Shown: in pieces, positions 11,534-21,092 of the stretch
How the letters are laid out: every line of letters starts with the position of its first letter
Numbering within the stretch: the stretch's first letter is position 1
NCBI GenBank assembly: GCA_965224705.1
Contig: OZ245056.1
Span: 1,024,001 to 1,088,000, forward strand
Direction of reading: 5' to 3'
Length of the DNA: 64,000 bases
From: Spirochaetaceae bacterium
Lineage (GTDB): Bacteria > Spirochaetota > Spirochaetia > DSM-2461
Program-made: the position numbers and the translations under genes
The notes under the pieces: model-generated
The model's database searches: none
The model's input: the letters and a program-made list of their open reading frames with translations, nothing else
Told to the model about the DNA's origin: nothing

Positions 11534-11694
11534 GAGTCTGTCGGACTTTGAGACTTCGAGGCGATTTTTGATGATTTTTTCCTGATGCAAGGCGACAAAA
11601 ACGGAGCGTAGCTGGGCTACGTGAGTATTTTGGCAACGCAGCAGCAGGAAAAAAGGGCAAAAATCGAGCCGTGAGACATAAGTCCGACAGACTC
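11534..11694. mobile_element. MITE-like non-autonomous element
   Basis: Terminal inverted repeats GAGTCTGTCGGACTT/AAGTCCGACAGACTC; flanking CTTG duplication; related copies at 41328-41611 and 58526-58564. Confidence 0.75.
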
Positions 11695-11799
11695 CTTGAA
11701 CAGTGTAATCCGGGAATCAATCAAAAATCGCAGCGATATATCTTTGTAAGATATGTTTTCCAGTCCATCTTAAGTTACCCTTATCGAATTTCCGCTCTT

Positions 11800-11838
11800 G
11801 CTTCCATTCCCCATAGCATTCCGCTATAATGCAATACT
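11800..11838 (+). promoter_or_regulatory. duplicated promoter region with TATAAT (second copy 13629-13667)
   Basis: GCTTCCATTCCCCATAGCATTCCGCTATAATGCAA directly precedes both AAA genes, a few nt before ATG. Confidence 0.55.
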
Positions 11839-13593
11839 ATGCAAACCTTGCAACTGGGTATATCGGACTTCAAAGAATTCATCGACGTAGGCTGCTATTT
11901 TGTCGATAAGACCCATTTGATCGCCTATCTTATCAACAATCCCGACAAGGTTCATTTAATCACCCGTCCCCGCCGCTTCGGCAAAACCTTGAACTTAAGC
12001 ATGATTCGCTATTTCCTGGAGGCCCCATCTCCGCCAAAAGGGCCAAAATGGCTTGCCCGGTTTCGCCTACGCCGAGCTATTCCATCCAATGCCTATTTGT
12101 TCAAAGACCGTTTCATCGCCTCCCATCCGCACTGTACCGAGTTCATGGGGCAGTATCCGGTTATTCACTTGAGCTTCAAGAATGCAAAAAATAACTCATA
12201 CACCAAAACAATCAACCTCGTAAAAGAGGTTATCGCCATTGAATTCGACAGGCATGGATATCTAGCCGAACAAGGATGCTTAAACAGCAGGGAAGAAGTT
12301 TTCTTCACTAGCATAGTCAACCAGGAAGGTACAGATGAAGACTATGCAAAATCTATTAAATGGCTCTCCGCCTGGCTCCACCGCGCCTACGGCAAACCGC
12401 CCTACATCCTTCTGGACGAGTACGACACCCCCCTGCACTCGGCCCATGTAGACAAGTACTACGACCAGATGATCGCCTTTATCCGCAGCTTTATGGTGCA
12501 AACCTTCAAAGACAACCCCCACCTGAAGCAGGCTGTGCTCATCGGCATACTGAAAATTGCCCAGGAGAGCATCTTCAGCGACTTCAACAATCCCAGAGTC
12601 TCCACCATCCTTTCCTCGGCCATGAAAGACTGCTTTGGATTTACCGAGGCGGAACTTGAAAAAATGACCTCATACTTCGGTCTGGAAAGCAAAATGGACG
12701 GAATCAAGGAATGGTACAACGGCTACATCTTTGGCGGGGACACCGTCATCTACAATCCCTGGAGCATCGTCAATTACTTAAGCTCCCCCGATGAAGGATT
12801 GAAACCGCACTGGATAAGCACCAGCGACAACAGACTTGTCAAGGAAGTCATCAAATTAAAGCGCCGGGATGCGATAATGACAACGGAAAAACTCCTGCGG
12901 AAGGAGGAGGTGCGCAAGCCGCTATTAACCAACATTCCCTACACCCAGATAGAAAACGATCCGGATGTTGTATGGAGTTTTCTTCTCCACAGCGGCTACC
13001 TCAAGGCCTCCGAAAGGCAGCAGGAACACACGCATATAACATGGAGACTCTCCATTCCCAACCTAGAAGTGGAGACGGCCTGGGAGACCGTGGTGCTTAA
13101 CTGGCTGAAGGAGGATCTGTCCGTTAACGAGGATTTTACGGACTTTGTCAGCGGCATCAGAGAAGCCAATCCCGGGCTGATTGAACGCGGCCTGAAGAGA
13201 ATCCTCTTCGGCCTGGCCAGTTATTACGATAGCGTACGGGACGAGGAGGAGAGACGGGAAAACTTCTACCACGGTCTGGTACTGGGTCTTCTGGCCTATC
13301 TTGGTTCGGCCTATGCCGTAGACAGCAACCGGGAGTATGGGAGAGGCCGCTCGGACATTGTGGTGGTCAGGAAGGGAAGCGATCCTGCCCAGGCCGAAGA
13401 GGCTTTTGTGTTCGAGTTTAAGCAGGGAAATACGGCCGCGGATACATCACTGGAGGCCTTGGCCCAGGACGCTTATGCCCAGGCGGTGGAGGGATACCTT
13501 GAGGGTGTCAGGGAGAAATGGCATCCGAAGGAATTAATGGTTCTGGGGATTGGTTTCCGGGGGAAGGAACTGTCCCTGTATAGCGAGGCATAA
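11839..13593 (+). CDS. AAA-ATPase-like protein with C-terminal PD-(D/E)XK nuclease domain
   Basis: YFVDKT, RPRRFGKTL, LLDEYDTP, WYNGY, YNPWS, NREYGRGRSDI...FEFK. Confidence 0.9.
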   Translation: MQTLQLGISDFKEFIDVGCYFVDKTHLIAYLINNPDKVHLITRPRRFGKTLNLSMIRYFLEAPSPPKGPKWLARFRLRRAIPSNAYLFKDRFIASHPHCTEFMGQYPVIHLSFKNAKNNSYTKTINLVKEVIAIEFDRHGYLAEQGCLNSREEVFFTSIVNQEGTDEDYAKSIKWLSAWLHRAYGKPPYILLDEYDTPLHSAHVDKYYDQMIAFIRSFMVQTFKDNPHLKQAVLIGILKIAQESIFSDFNNPRVSTILSSAMKDCFGFTEAELEKMTSYFGLESKMDGIKEWYNGYIFGGDTVIYNPWSIVNYLSSPDEGLKPHWISTSDNRLVKEVIKLKRRDAIMTTEKLLRKEEVRKPLLTNIPYTQIENDPDVVWSFLLHSGYLKASERQQEHTHITWRLSIPNLEVETAWETVVLNWLKEDLSVNEDFTDFVSGIREANPGLIERGLKRILFGLASYYDSVRDEEERRENFYHGLVLGLLAYLGSAYAVDSNREYGRGRSDIVVVRKGSDPAQAEEAFVFEFKQGNTAADTSLEALAQDAYAQAVEGYLEGVREKWHPKELMVLGIGFRGKELSLYSEA

Positions 13594-13667
13594 TCTCTCA
13601 CGGAACGAGTTCACGGAGATTACTCAAGGCTTCCATTCCCCATAGCATTCCGCTATAATGCAAAATT

Positions 13668-15470
13668 ATGCAAACCTTGCAACTGGGCATATCGGACTTC
13701 AAAAAATTTATCGACCTGGGCTGCTATTTTGTCGATAAAACCCATCTTATCTGTTACCTTATTGAGAATCCCGACGAAGTCCATCTTATAACCCGCCCCC
13801 GCCGCTTCGGCAAAACCCTGAACTTAAGCATGATCCGCTACTTCCTGGAAGCTCCCCTGCCGTCCCATACCGGCAATCCTTTTTTTGCCCCCGAAAACAC
13901 CGCTTTCCCCCCGCCTGAAACCTTGCGCTTCAACACTTTGCCCTCCGGTCAATCCAGCACTCACCACGCCTACCTTTTTGAGGATCTTGCAATCGCCTCC
14001 CACCCGCGCTGTGCCGAGTTCATGGGACAGTACCCGGTTATTCATTTAAGCTTCAAAAATGCAAAAAACAACGCATACACCAAAACAATCAACCTTGTAA
14101 AAGAAGTTATCGCCATTGAGTTCGACAGGCATGGATATCTAGCCGAACAAGGAATCTTAAACAGCAGGGAAGAAGTTTTCTTCACAAGCATAGTCAATCA
14201 GGAAGGTACAGACGAAGACTATGCAAAATCCATTAAATGGCTCTCCGCCTGGCTTCACCGCGCCTATGGCAAACCGCCCTACATCCTTCTGGACGAGTAC
14301 GACACACCCCTGCATTCGGCCCATGTGGACAAGTACTACGACAAGATGATCGCCTTCATCCGCAGCTTCATGGTGCAAACCTTCAAGGACAACCCCCACC
14401 TGAAACAGGCTGTGCTTATCGGCATATTGAAAATCGCCCAGGAGAGCATCTTCAGCGACTTCAACAATCCCAGAGTGTCCACCATCCTTTCCCCGGCCAT
14501 GAAGGACTGCTTTGGATTTACCGAGGCGGAAGTTGAAAAAATGACCTCGTACTTCGGTCTGGAAGACAAAATGGACGGAATCAAGGAATGGTACAACGGA
14601 TACATCTTCGGCGGGGAGACCGTCATCTACAATCCCTGGAGCATCGTCAATTACTTAAGCTCCCACGAGGAAGGACTGAAACCGCATTGGATAAGCACCA
14701 GCGACAACAGACTCGTCAAGGAAGTCATCAAACTAAAGCGCCGGGATGCGAAGATGACAACAGAAAAACTTCTGCGGAAAGAGGAGGTGCGCAAGCCGCT
14801 CTTAACCAACATTCCCTACACCCAGATAGAAAACGATCCGGATGTGGTATGGAGTTTTCTTCTCCACAGCGGCTATCTCAAGGCCTCCGAAATGCACCAG
14901 GAAGAACTGGGGACCAGCTGGAGACTTTCCATTCCCAACAAAGAATTGGAGACGGCCTGGAAAACCGTTGTGCGGAGCTGGCTGAAGGAGGATCTCTCCG
15001 TCAACGAGGATTTTACGGACTTTGTTAACGGCATCAGAGAAGCCAATCCCCAATTGATTGAACGCGGCCTGAAGCGAATCCTCTTCGGCCTGGCCAGTTA
15101 TTACGATAGCGCACGGGACGAGGAGGAGAGACGGGAAAACTTCTACCACGGCCTGGTGCTGGGTCTTCTGGCCTATCTTGGTTCGGCCTATGCCGTGGAC
15201 AGCAACCGGGAGTACGGAAGAGGCCGCTCGGACATTGTGGTGGTCAGGAAGGGAAGCGATCCTGCTCAGGCCGAAGAGGCTTTTGTGTTTGAGTTTAAGC
15301 AGGGAAACAGTGCCGCTGATACCTCACTGGAAGTGCTGGCCCAGGCCGCTTATGCCCAGGCCGTGGAGGGATACCTTGAGGGGGTTAGGGAGAAATGGCA
15401 TCCGAAGGAATTGTTGGTTCTGGGGATTGGTTTCCGCGGGAAGGAACTGTCCCTGTATAGCGAGGCATAA
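13668..15470 (+). CDS. AAA-ATPase-like/PD-(D/E)XK protein, tandem paralog
   Basis: Same motifs; nearly identical to the upstream gene apart from two variable patches. Confidence 0.9.
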   Translation: MQTLQLGISDFKKFIDLGCYFVDKTHLICYLIENPDEVHLITRPRRFGKTLNLSMIRYFLEAPLPSHTGNPFFAPENTAFPPPETLRFNTLPSGQSSTHHAYLFEDLAIASHPRCAEFMGQYPVIHLSFKNAKNNAYTKTINLVKEVIAIEFDRHGYLAEQGILNSREEVFFTSIVNQEGTDEDYAKSIKWLSAWLHRAYGKPPYILLDEYDTPLHSAHVDKYYDKMIAFIRSFMVQTFKDNPHLKQAVLIGILKIAQESIFSDFNNPRVSTILSPAMKDCFGFTEAEVEKMTSYFGLEDKMDGIKEWYNGYIFGGETVIYNPWSIVNYLSSHEEGLKPHWISTSDNRLVKEVIKLKRRDAKMTTEKLLRKEEVRKPLLTNIPYTQIENDPDVVWSFLLHSGYLKASEMHQEELGTSWRLSIPNKELETAWKTVVRSWLKEDLSVNEDFTDFVNGIREANPQLIERGLKRILFGLASYYDSARDEEERRENFYHGLVLGLLAYLGSAYAVDSNREYGRGRSDIVVVRKGSDPAQAEEAFVFEFKQGNSAADTSLEVLAQAAYAQAVEGYLEGVREKWHPKELLVLGIGFRGKELSLYSEA

Positions 15471-15574
15471 TCCGGCTGATAGGCATTTACGGGTCGCTTG
15501 CTGTTTGAACGGTGGTGCTATTTTTTTAAGTACGAAGGCTATTTGAAGGAGGACGAGATGTCGGTACGTCCTCC

Positions 15575-16273
15575 TTATCCCTCAAGAACCGCCTGTGTCG
15601 CAAGATTCAGAGAGTCTTCCACCGTCTTTCCAGGTGCCGCCTTACCCGCGGCACCCGCCGCCGAGATAGGCGCAGAACCCTTCACCGCATCCCTGGACGC
15701 TTTTTCATAACCGCGCTTCTCCGCCTCAGCGATTAACTCAGCGATCCTCTTGCCCTTCTTAAATATTTCATCCTGATCCTTTCCGGCCAGAATGAACCTG
15801 TCTTCTTCCTTGATTCCACAGCGCTCAGCCGCTAAACCCAGACATTCACCGAGGAACTTTTCCATACGCTCAGATTCCGCGCGCTTCTGTTTTTCCGCAC
15901 GTTCAGCCTCTTCCGCCTTCTTGCGCTCCTCTTCAGACATATGCTGTTTACGCAATTCCGCCATTTCTTTTTCGATGGCGGATACCCGCCTGGCCTGCCC
16001 GTCGCGGTCGGCCTTGAGCTTTTTCAGCTCCTCTTCCTTTGACTCAAGCTGTTTAGCCAGCTCGTCAGGTTTTGGAGCATTGAGCAGCTTCTCTTGCTCT
16101 TTGAGCTTTACAAGCTCTTCCTCTTTCGCCTTCAGCTGTGCTTTCAGTTCCTCCGGCTTCAGCCCTTCGCCGCCGCCTTGAGGCCCCGTATTACCACCCT
16201 GGCTCCCTTCGCCTCCGGTGCCGCCTGCAGCGCCTGCAGCGCCGGACTCTGGTGCCAACAGAATTTTGAACAT
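15575..16273 (-). CDS. phage capsid scaffolding protein-like
   Basis: Gly-rich N-terminus, Glu/Lys coiled coil, lies downstream of a MuF gene. Confidence 0.65.
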   Translation of the reverse strand: MFKILLAPESGAAGAAGGTGGEGSQGGNTGPQGGGEGLKPEELKAQLKAKEEELVKLKEQEKLLNAPKPDELAKQLESKEEELKKLKADRDGQARRVSAIEKEMAELRKQHMSEEERKKAEEAERAEKQKRAESERMEKFLGECLGLAAERCGIKEEDRFILAGKDQDEIFKKGKRIAELIAEAEKRGYEKASRDAVKGSAPISAAGAAGKAAPGKTVEDSLNLATQAVLEG

Positions 16274-16381
16274 TTCTCCTCCCCTGGTTTGCTCAAAAGC
16301 ACACCCCAGTTGATTTTTTAGAGGGTAGAAGGATTGCTATGGACAAAACTAGAGAAGTTTTGTCATTTTGTTGAAATCTGG

Positions 16382-16410
16382 TTGACGTTCTTCTAAAAGG
16401 AGGATATATT
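16382..16410 (+). promoter_or_regulatory. sigma70-like promoter
   Basis: TTGACG-17 nt-TATATT. Confidence 0.55.
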
Positions 16411-16415
16411 CAAAG

Positions 16416-16495
16416 AGGAGGGGGGGGCTACGAAGTTCTTAGGAGCGGATAACCCTCTGCCGCCCGGCTGGGGTGTACTCCCAGCCATTTTTTTT
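16416..16495 (+). ncRNA. candidate small RNA convergent on the CdiA-like toxin gene
   Basis: Lies between the promoter and an intrinsic terminator (GGCTGGG/CCCAGCC stem plus T run); no ORF. Confidence 0.4.
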
Positions 16496-16901
16496 ACTTC
16501 TTCCACTTCAGTATCGCTGCCCTGGAATATCTAGTAACTGTTCTATCTTTTCTAATAACGGCAACCTCACGAATACTTGTATTCTGACGGATTCTGTCAG
16601 ATACAGCATCTTTGAGTTCAACTTCTTTTATCTCTGATTTTATATTCAGAATTATATTATCTGCTTGCTTTGCCGCAGTTCGGATGGATCTTTTTACAGT
16701 ATTCTTATTTGGAGCCGTTATAGTTTTAATCTCCCACTTTACCCCATCAATAAGCACATCTGCTGTTTTTTGCCCCTTAACATTGCTGGTGGGGCCAATA
16801 AACTGCACCATATATCCATCATTGGCCAGCACCGATGCGGCGGCAATATTTTGTCTATACTCGATATGCTCTTTATTAATACTATTAGGAATCCAAACCA
16901 T
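16494..16901 (-). CDS. CdiA C-terminal-like (tRNase-type) PD-(D/E)XK nuclease toxin domain
   Basis: KTADVLIDGVKWEIKT...RTAAKQADNIILNI pattern; overlaps the MuF 3' end. Confidence 0.7.
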   Translation of the reverse strand: MVWIPNSINKEHIEYRQNIAAASVLANDGYMVQFIGPTSNVKGQKTADVLIDGVKWEIKTITAPNKNTVKRSIRTAAKQADNIILNIKSEIKEVELKDAVSDRIRQNTSIREVAVIRKDRTVTRYSRAAILKWKK

Positions 16902-17871
16902 CCCGCCATTTTTCCCTACCCTTTAAGCTGAAAAATGGATCACCTCCGGCTTCCTTTGCCTTTTTCCATGCATCATACCCTATCCAGGGCCGCTTTCCAT
17001 CACCCCGCACATACCGCATTTGCGGCGGATACCCGGGTATTTGGGCACGCAGACTGCACCGGCAATGAATATCAAAGCTGGCGACACCCGACTGCAGCGG
17101 CGCCGCCACCTTACCCACCGGTGTATTGAAGAAGCCGTCCTCCCCGCGCTTCTGCCCATCGAGTTCCCCATGAGCGGCCCTGGTGCGCTTATCCAACGCG
17201 GCATCCCATACATACTCCAGTTCAATACCGAGCCCCTCAGCCTTCGCATACGCCGCCTGTTGGCCCTCAACGGCAGCACGCTGACCTTCCGTCCGTGCGA
17301 TCCTCGCGGATTTATACGCAGCACCCCTGCCCGCGTAACGGCCATTCTCCCTAAATCCCAGCACATCCCCAATCCGCTGACTCATCTTCTGGTAGGACTC
17401 GCCCCTCACAAGAGACAGCGTAATTTCGTTACGCACCTTATTGACCTTGACCGCCCTGTCAGTTGCCAGATCCTTGGAGTCAGAGAGCTTCGAAAGCGGA
17501 GATTTGACAATTGACGCAACGGTCTTATCCGGCACGGCCCCCCACACGAAAGCAAACCCGGCATCCTGATCAATTGCCCAGGCATGGCGGTTAAAAGAGT
17601 CCTTAAAAACAGCGATAGTCTGTTTTTCAATGTATGCATCAACATCCCGGAGGTTCTTGCCAAGCATATCCTTGATGCTTGCCTCCAGGGCCTGCAGCCG
17701 TTTATACCGGTTCATCTCCGTCCAATAGAGCTTTCCATCCTTTGCGTATTTTCGGTATAACTTTGCAAGGTCCTGCTGTATTGATTCGAGTGGTTGCGGA
17801 TGCACTCCGTTTTCTGATGTGTTATGTTTTCTGATTCCCAGGTACATACTCGTCGTAATTGCGCGCAGCAA
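16885..17871 (-). CDS. phage minor head protein MuF/SPP1 gp7-like, N-terminus probably replaced at a repeat
   Basis: ARIARTE, WDAALDKRTRAAHGELDGQ, DIHCRC motifs. Confidence 0.85.
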   Translation of the reverse strand: MLRAITTSMYLGIRKHNTSENGVHPQPLESIQQDLAKLYRKYAKDGKLYWTEMNRYKRLQALEASIKDMLGKNLRDVDAYIEKQTIAVFKDSFNRHAWAIDQDAGFAFVWGAVPDKTVASIVKSPLSKLSDSKDLATDRAVKVNKVRNEITLSLVRGESYQKMSQRIGDVLGFRENGRYAGRGAAYKSARIARTEGQRAAVEGQQAAYAKAEGLGIELEYVWDAALDKRTRAAHGELDGQKRGEDGFFNTPVGKVAAPLQSGVASFDIHCRCSLRAQIPGYPPQMRYVRGDGKRPWIGYDAWKKAKEAGGDPFFSLKGREKWRDGLDS

Positions 17872-18674
17872 AGCCGCCCGTTTCCAGGCGGCTCTTCTGT
17901 TCTCCGACCTCCCCGGGCCTTACGATTCATCAATCGGGTTTTCATAGTCGGGAACACCTTCTTCATCTATCGGATACAGCTTCCCGGCTATCCGCGCCGC
18001 TTCCCGGCCGTCATCCAGCACCACCACCAAGTCGTAGACCGGCAGCCCGCTGGTGTCCGCCGCGGCAATCTCCTCCTTGGTAACCCCCCGCACCGGGCGC
18101 CCGGAATAGTCGGTGTCTAATCCTTTTTCAGTCATCCCATCACCTCAAACAACGTGTCGATCTCCTGGGCGATCGGCACAAACTCATCGTGTGTCCACTG
18201 TCAAGTCTAATACCCGAATTCTCCGAATGCAAGCATCGTGTTCAGCTGATTCTTCATCGTCCGGTTGTCGCTTTTTCAGGCAATATACTGGTTGCGGATG
18301 CACTCTGTTTTCTGATGTGTTATAATGCACTTTGAATTGTTAAAATAGACCGCCTGGGACGCCGACTGCCGTCCGTAAACCATGCCCAAAGGCAGGCCCA
18401 GTGTATCCGGGATAGAACTCTCCACTGCACAGGCGGCCTATTGCCAGTATCGGAGATTGACGGGGGAATGTCAATTGATCGATTGCAAAAACATTGATTG
18501 GACGGAAATTGAAGGGGGAAAAGCTGGATTTCATCTACAAAGAGGCCCGAACTCTTCAGGAAAACCTTGGCAGGGACAAAGTGGCACTGCAGAACAATAC
18601 GGCGGCATTTCTTGCCGCCAGTGTGCCCGCCTTGAGCAGTTGGCGGATGCACTCCGTTTTCTGATGTGTTATAA
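17791..18674 (+). repeat. three direct copies of a ~35-bp repeat (17791-17825, 18289-18325, 18643-18674)
   Basis: Core GCGGATGCACTCYGTTTTCTGATGTGTTAT seen three times. Confidence 0.85.
17920..18135 (-). CDS. small acidic hypothetical protein (phage-like context)
   Basis: 71 aa with GAGG RBS and a downstream hairpin near 17870-17895. Confidence 0.45.
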   Translation of the reverse strand: MTEKGLDTDYSGRPVRGVTKEEIAAADTSGLPVYDLVVVLDDGREAARIAGKLYPIDEEGVPDYENPIDES

Positions 18675-18759
18675 TAGCTGCTGAGGGAGGGGGCTATGAT
18701 TGAAGGGAACATGAGTACCTAAAAGCAGATAAAACAGGAATCAGAGGAGAAAGTTTCTG

Positions 18760-20934
18760 ATGGCCAATTATTATGCCCATAGCAAAGAAAATATTGGAAC
18801 GGATCAATGGCATCTGCTGGAAGATCACCTAAAGGAAGTCGCCGGGATTGCGTCGGGATTCGCAAGCACATTTGAGGCGAAAGATTGGGCGAAGATCGCC
18901 GGAGAGTTTCATGATCTGGGAAAGGCCACACGGCTCTGGCAGGCCTATTTAAGAAAGGTCAATGGCATCGACGATGAGTTTGCAGGGGACTACGCAGGGC
19001 ATCCCACCCATGCCGATGTGGGCGCACGATTTCTTTACCAACGTTCCAGTGACGTGGGAATGCTTCTCGCCTATGTCATTGCCGGGCATCATGGGGGAAT
19101 GCCTGACTACCACGGGAAATCCGCGGGGACAGGTCTTAAAAGCAGACTGGAGAACAGCGGTGATTCGATATCAATGCCCATACCTAAGCCGGAGTTTCCA
19201 GAGAAGCCCCCATTTGACTTGAGCGATGCCGACAGAAGCGGGTATCAGCTTCAATTTTTCACCCGAATGATATTCTCCTGTCTGGTCGATGCGGATTGGC
19301 TGGATACCGAAAGGTTTATGGATGTGGATCGGGCCAATGGGCGCGGCGGGTTCCCCCTCCTTAAAGAACTGCATGACCGCTTTTGGGATTCCTTTAACCG
19401 TTTAAGGAGTCAGACCGATCCAAAGTCTCCTGTTAACCGGCAGCGTGAAGTCGTTTTGCAAGATTGCATCGACGCAGCCCAAAAGGAACCAGGGATTTTC
19501 TCTCTGACTGTTCCAACAGGCGGAGGCAAAACCCTGGCATCTCTGGCTTTTGCCCTGAATCACGCGAAGAAATATCACAAAACACGTATTATATACATAA
19601 TCCCCTTTACAAGCATCATCGAGCTGAATGCCCGGGTGTTCAGAGAGCATTTAGGGGAAGACGCGGTTTTGGAACACCACTGCAACTTTGTTCAGGATGA
19701 CGCGCAGTGGAAAACGCGCCTGGCATCGGAGAATTGGGAAGCTCCCATTGTGGTGACAACCAACGTTCAATTCTTTGATTCATTTTACGCTAACAAGCCC
19801 TCCCGCTGTCGAAAACTCCACAACATCGCCCAGAGTATCGTCATTTTTGATGAGGTACAGGCCATTCCGGTTGAAAAACTCAAGCCCTGTCTTGAAGTTA
19901 TCAAGGAACTCTCCCTAAACTATGGGGTAACCTCTGTGCTCTGCACGGCTACCCAACCGGCGGTGGAATATTCTGAGGATTTTCCCTCCGGTCTCAAAAA
20001 TGTCCGAGAGATTGTTCGGGATGTTCCCGATCTTTTTAGTCAGCTCAAAAGAACCAGGGAAGAATTCATTGGGGAACTTGATGAAGAAACCGTTGCCAGC
20101 CGTATCGCGGAACACGAACAGGTGCTTTGCATTGTCAACACCCGGAAACACGCCCTTGATATATTCAACGCCCTCCCGGATTCTGACGATGACTTCCACC
20201 TCAGTGCCCTCATGTATCCCAAACATAGAACGAAGAAACTCAATGAGATCCGTCAACGGCTTGGTGAGGGAAAGCCCTGCCGGGTTGTCAGCACCCAGCT
20301 CATTGAAGCCGGAGTGGATGTGGATTTTCCCTGTGTTTACCGGCAGGTCGCGGGAATCGACAGCATTGCCCAGGCTGCCGGTCGATGCAACCGCAATGGG
20401 AAGAGCGATACCGCCCAACCAGTCTATGTTTTTCGTCTTTCCGAGAAACATAGTACGTCATTCTTCCGCCAGGCCGCGCAATCGGCGGAAAAACTGTTTG
20501 AGTCCTATGCGGGAGAATTGACCAGCCCGGACTGCGTGAGGGCCTACTTTGAGGATTATTTCTGGAAGAATGAACAGAGGATGGATGGCGATGATATAGG
20601 CCGAAAATGCAGCCAGGCGGTCATGGGGAAGATACCATTTAAGGAAATTGCCGAGTTTCAGATGATTAAGAACGCGACTAATCCTGTCATTATCGCCCTG
20701 GACCCAGAGGCTTCCCGCCTGGTGGACTCTCTGAACTACAGCGAAAAGAATGGGGGGATACTTAGAAAGCTTCAGCAGTATACGGTGCAGATCTATCCCT
20801 ATCAAATGCAGGAAATCCAGGAATGGCTGGAAAATCCCCAGGAAGGAATACGTGTGCTAAGGGATCCGCAACTGTATTCTGATCAGACGGGGCTGGAGTG
20901 CCGGGCTCCTCAGGGGGAGGCGTTTTTCGCGTGA
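18760..20934 (+). CDS. cas3: CRISPR helicase/nuclease Cas3 (type I-C)
   Basis: HD domain (FHDLGK), VPTGGGKT, DEVQ, STQLIEAGVDVDF, QAAGRCNR. Confidence 0.95.
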   Translation: MANYYAHSKENIGTDQWHLLEDHLKEVAGIASGFASTFEAKDWAKIAGEFHDLGKATRLWQAYLRKVNGIDDEFAGDYAGHPTHADVGARFLYQRSSDVGMLLAYVIAGHHGGMPDYHGKSAGTGLKSRLENSGDSISMPIPKPEFPEKPPFDLSDADRSGYQLQFFTRMIFSCLVDADWLDTERFMDVDRANGRGGFPLLKELHDRFWDSFNRLRSQTDPKSPVNRQREVVLQDCIDAAQKEPGIFSLTVPTGGGKTLASLAFALNHAKKYHKTRIIYIIPFTSIIELNARVFREHLGEDAVLEHHCNFVQDDAQWKTRLASENWEAPIVVTTNVQFFDSFYANKPSRCRKLHNIAQSIVIFDEVQAIPVEKLKPCLEVIKELSLNYGVTSVLCTATQPAVEYSEDFPSGLKNVREIVRDVPDLFSQLKRTREEFIGELDEETVASRIAEHEQVLCIVNTRKHALDIFNALPDSDDDFHLSALMYPKHRTKKLNEIRQRLGEGKPCRVVSTQLIEAGVDVDFPCVYRQVAGIDSIAQAAGRCNRNGKSDTAQPVYVFRLSEKHSTSFFRQAAQSAEKLFESYAGELTSPDCVRAYFEDYFWKNEQRMDGDDIGRKCSQAVMGKIPFKEIAEFQMIKNATNPVIIALDPEASRLVDSLNYSEKNGGILRKLQQYTVQIYPYQMQEIQEWLENPQEGIRVLRDPQLYSDQTGLECRAPQGEAFFA

Positions 20935-21092
20935 ATTTAGCAGGTGAGCGGATTATATGCGTGGCGGATGAACTGCCCGGCAGGAACACGAGGGAGATAC
21001 AGAAGGTGGTCGAAGCGGTAGCGGGGCCTTGAAGTAGCTCGATCTGGCAACATTGGCACTACGGGGCATGCCCAAGGGCAAATTTTTTTAGA

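Noticed and set aside
15575..18135. Intact prophage
   Set aside because: Only scaffold, MuF and fragments; no terminase, portal, capsid or tail genes
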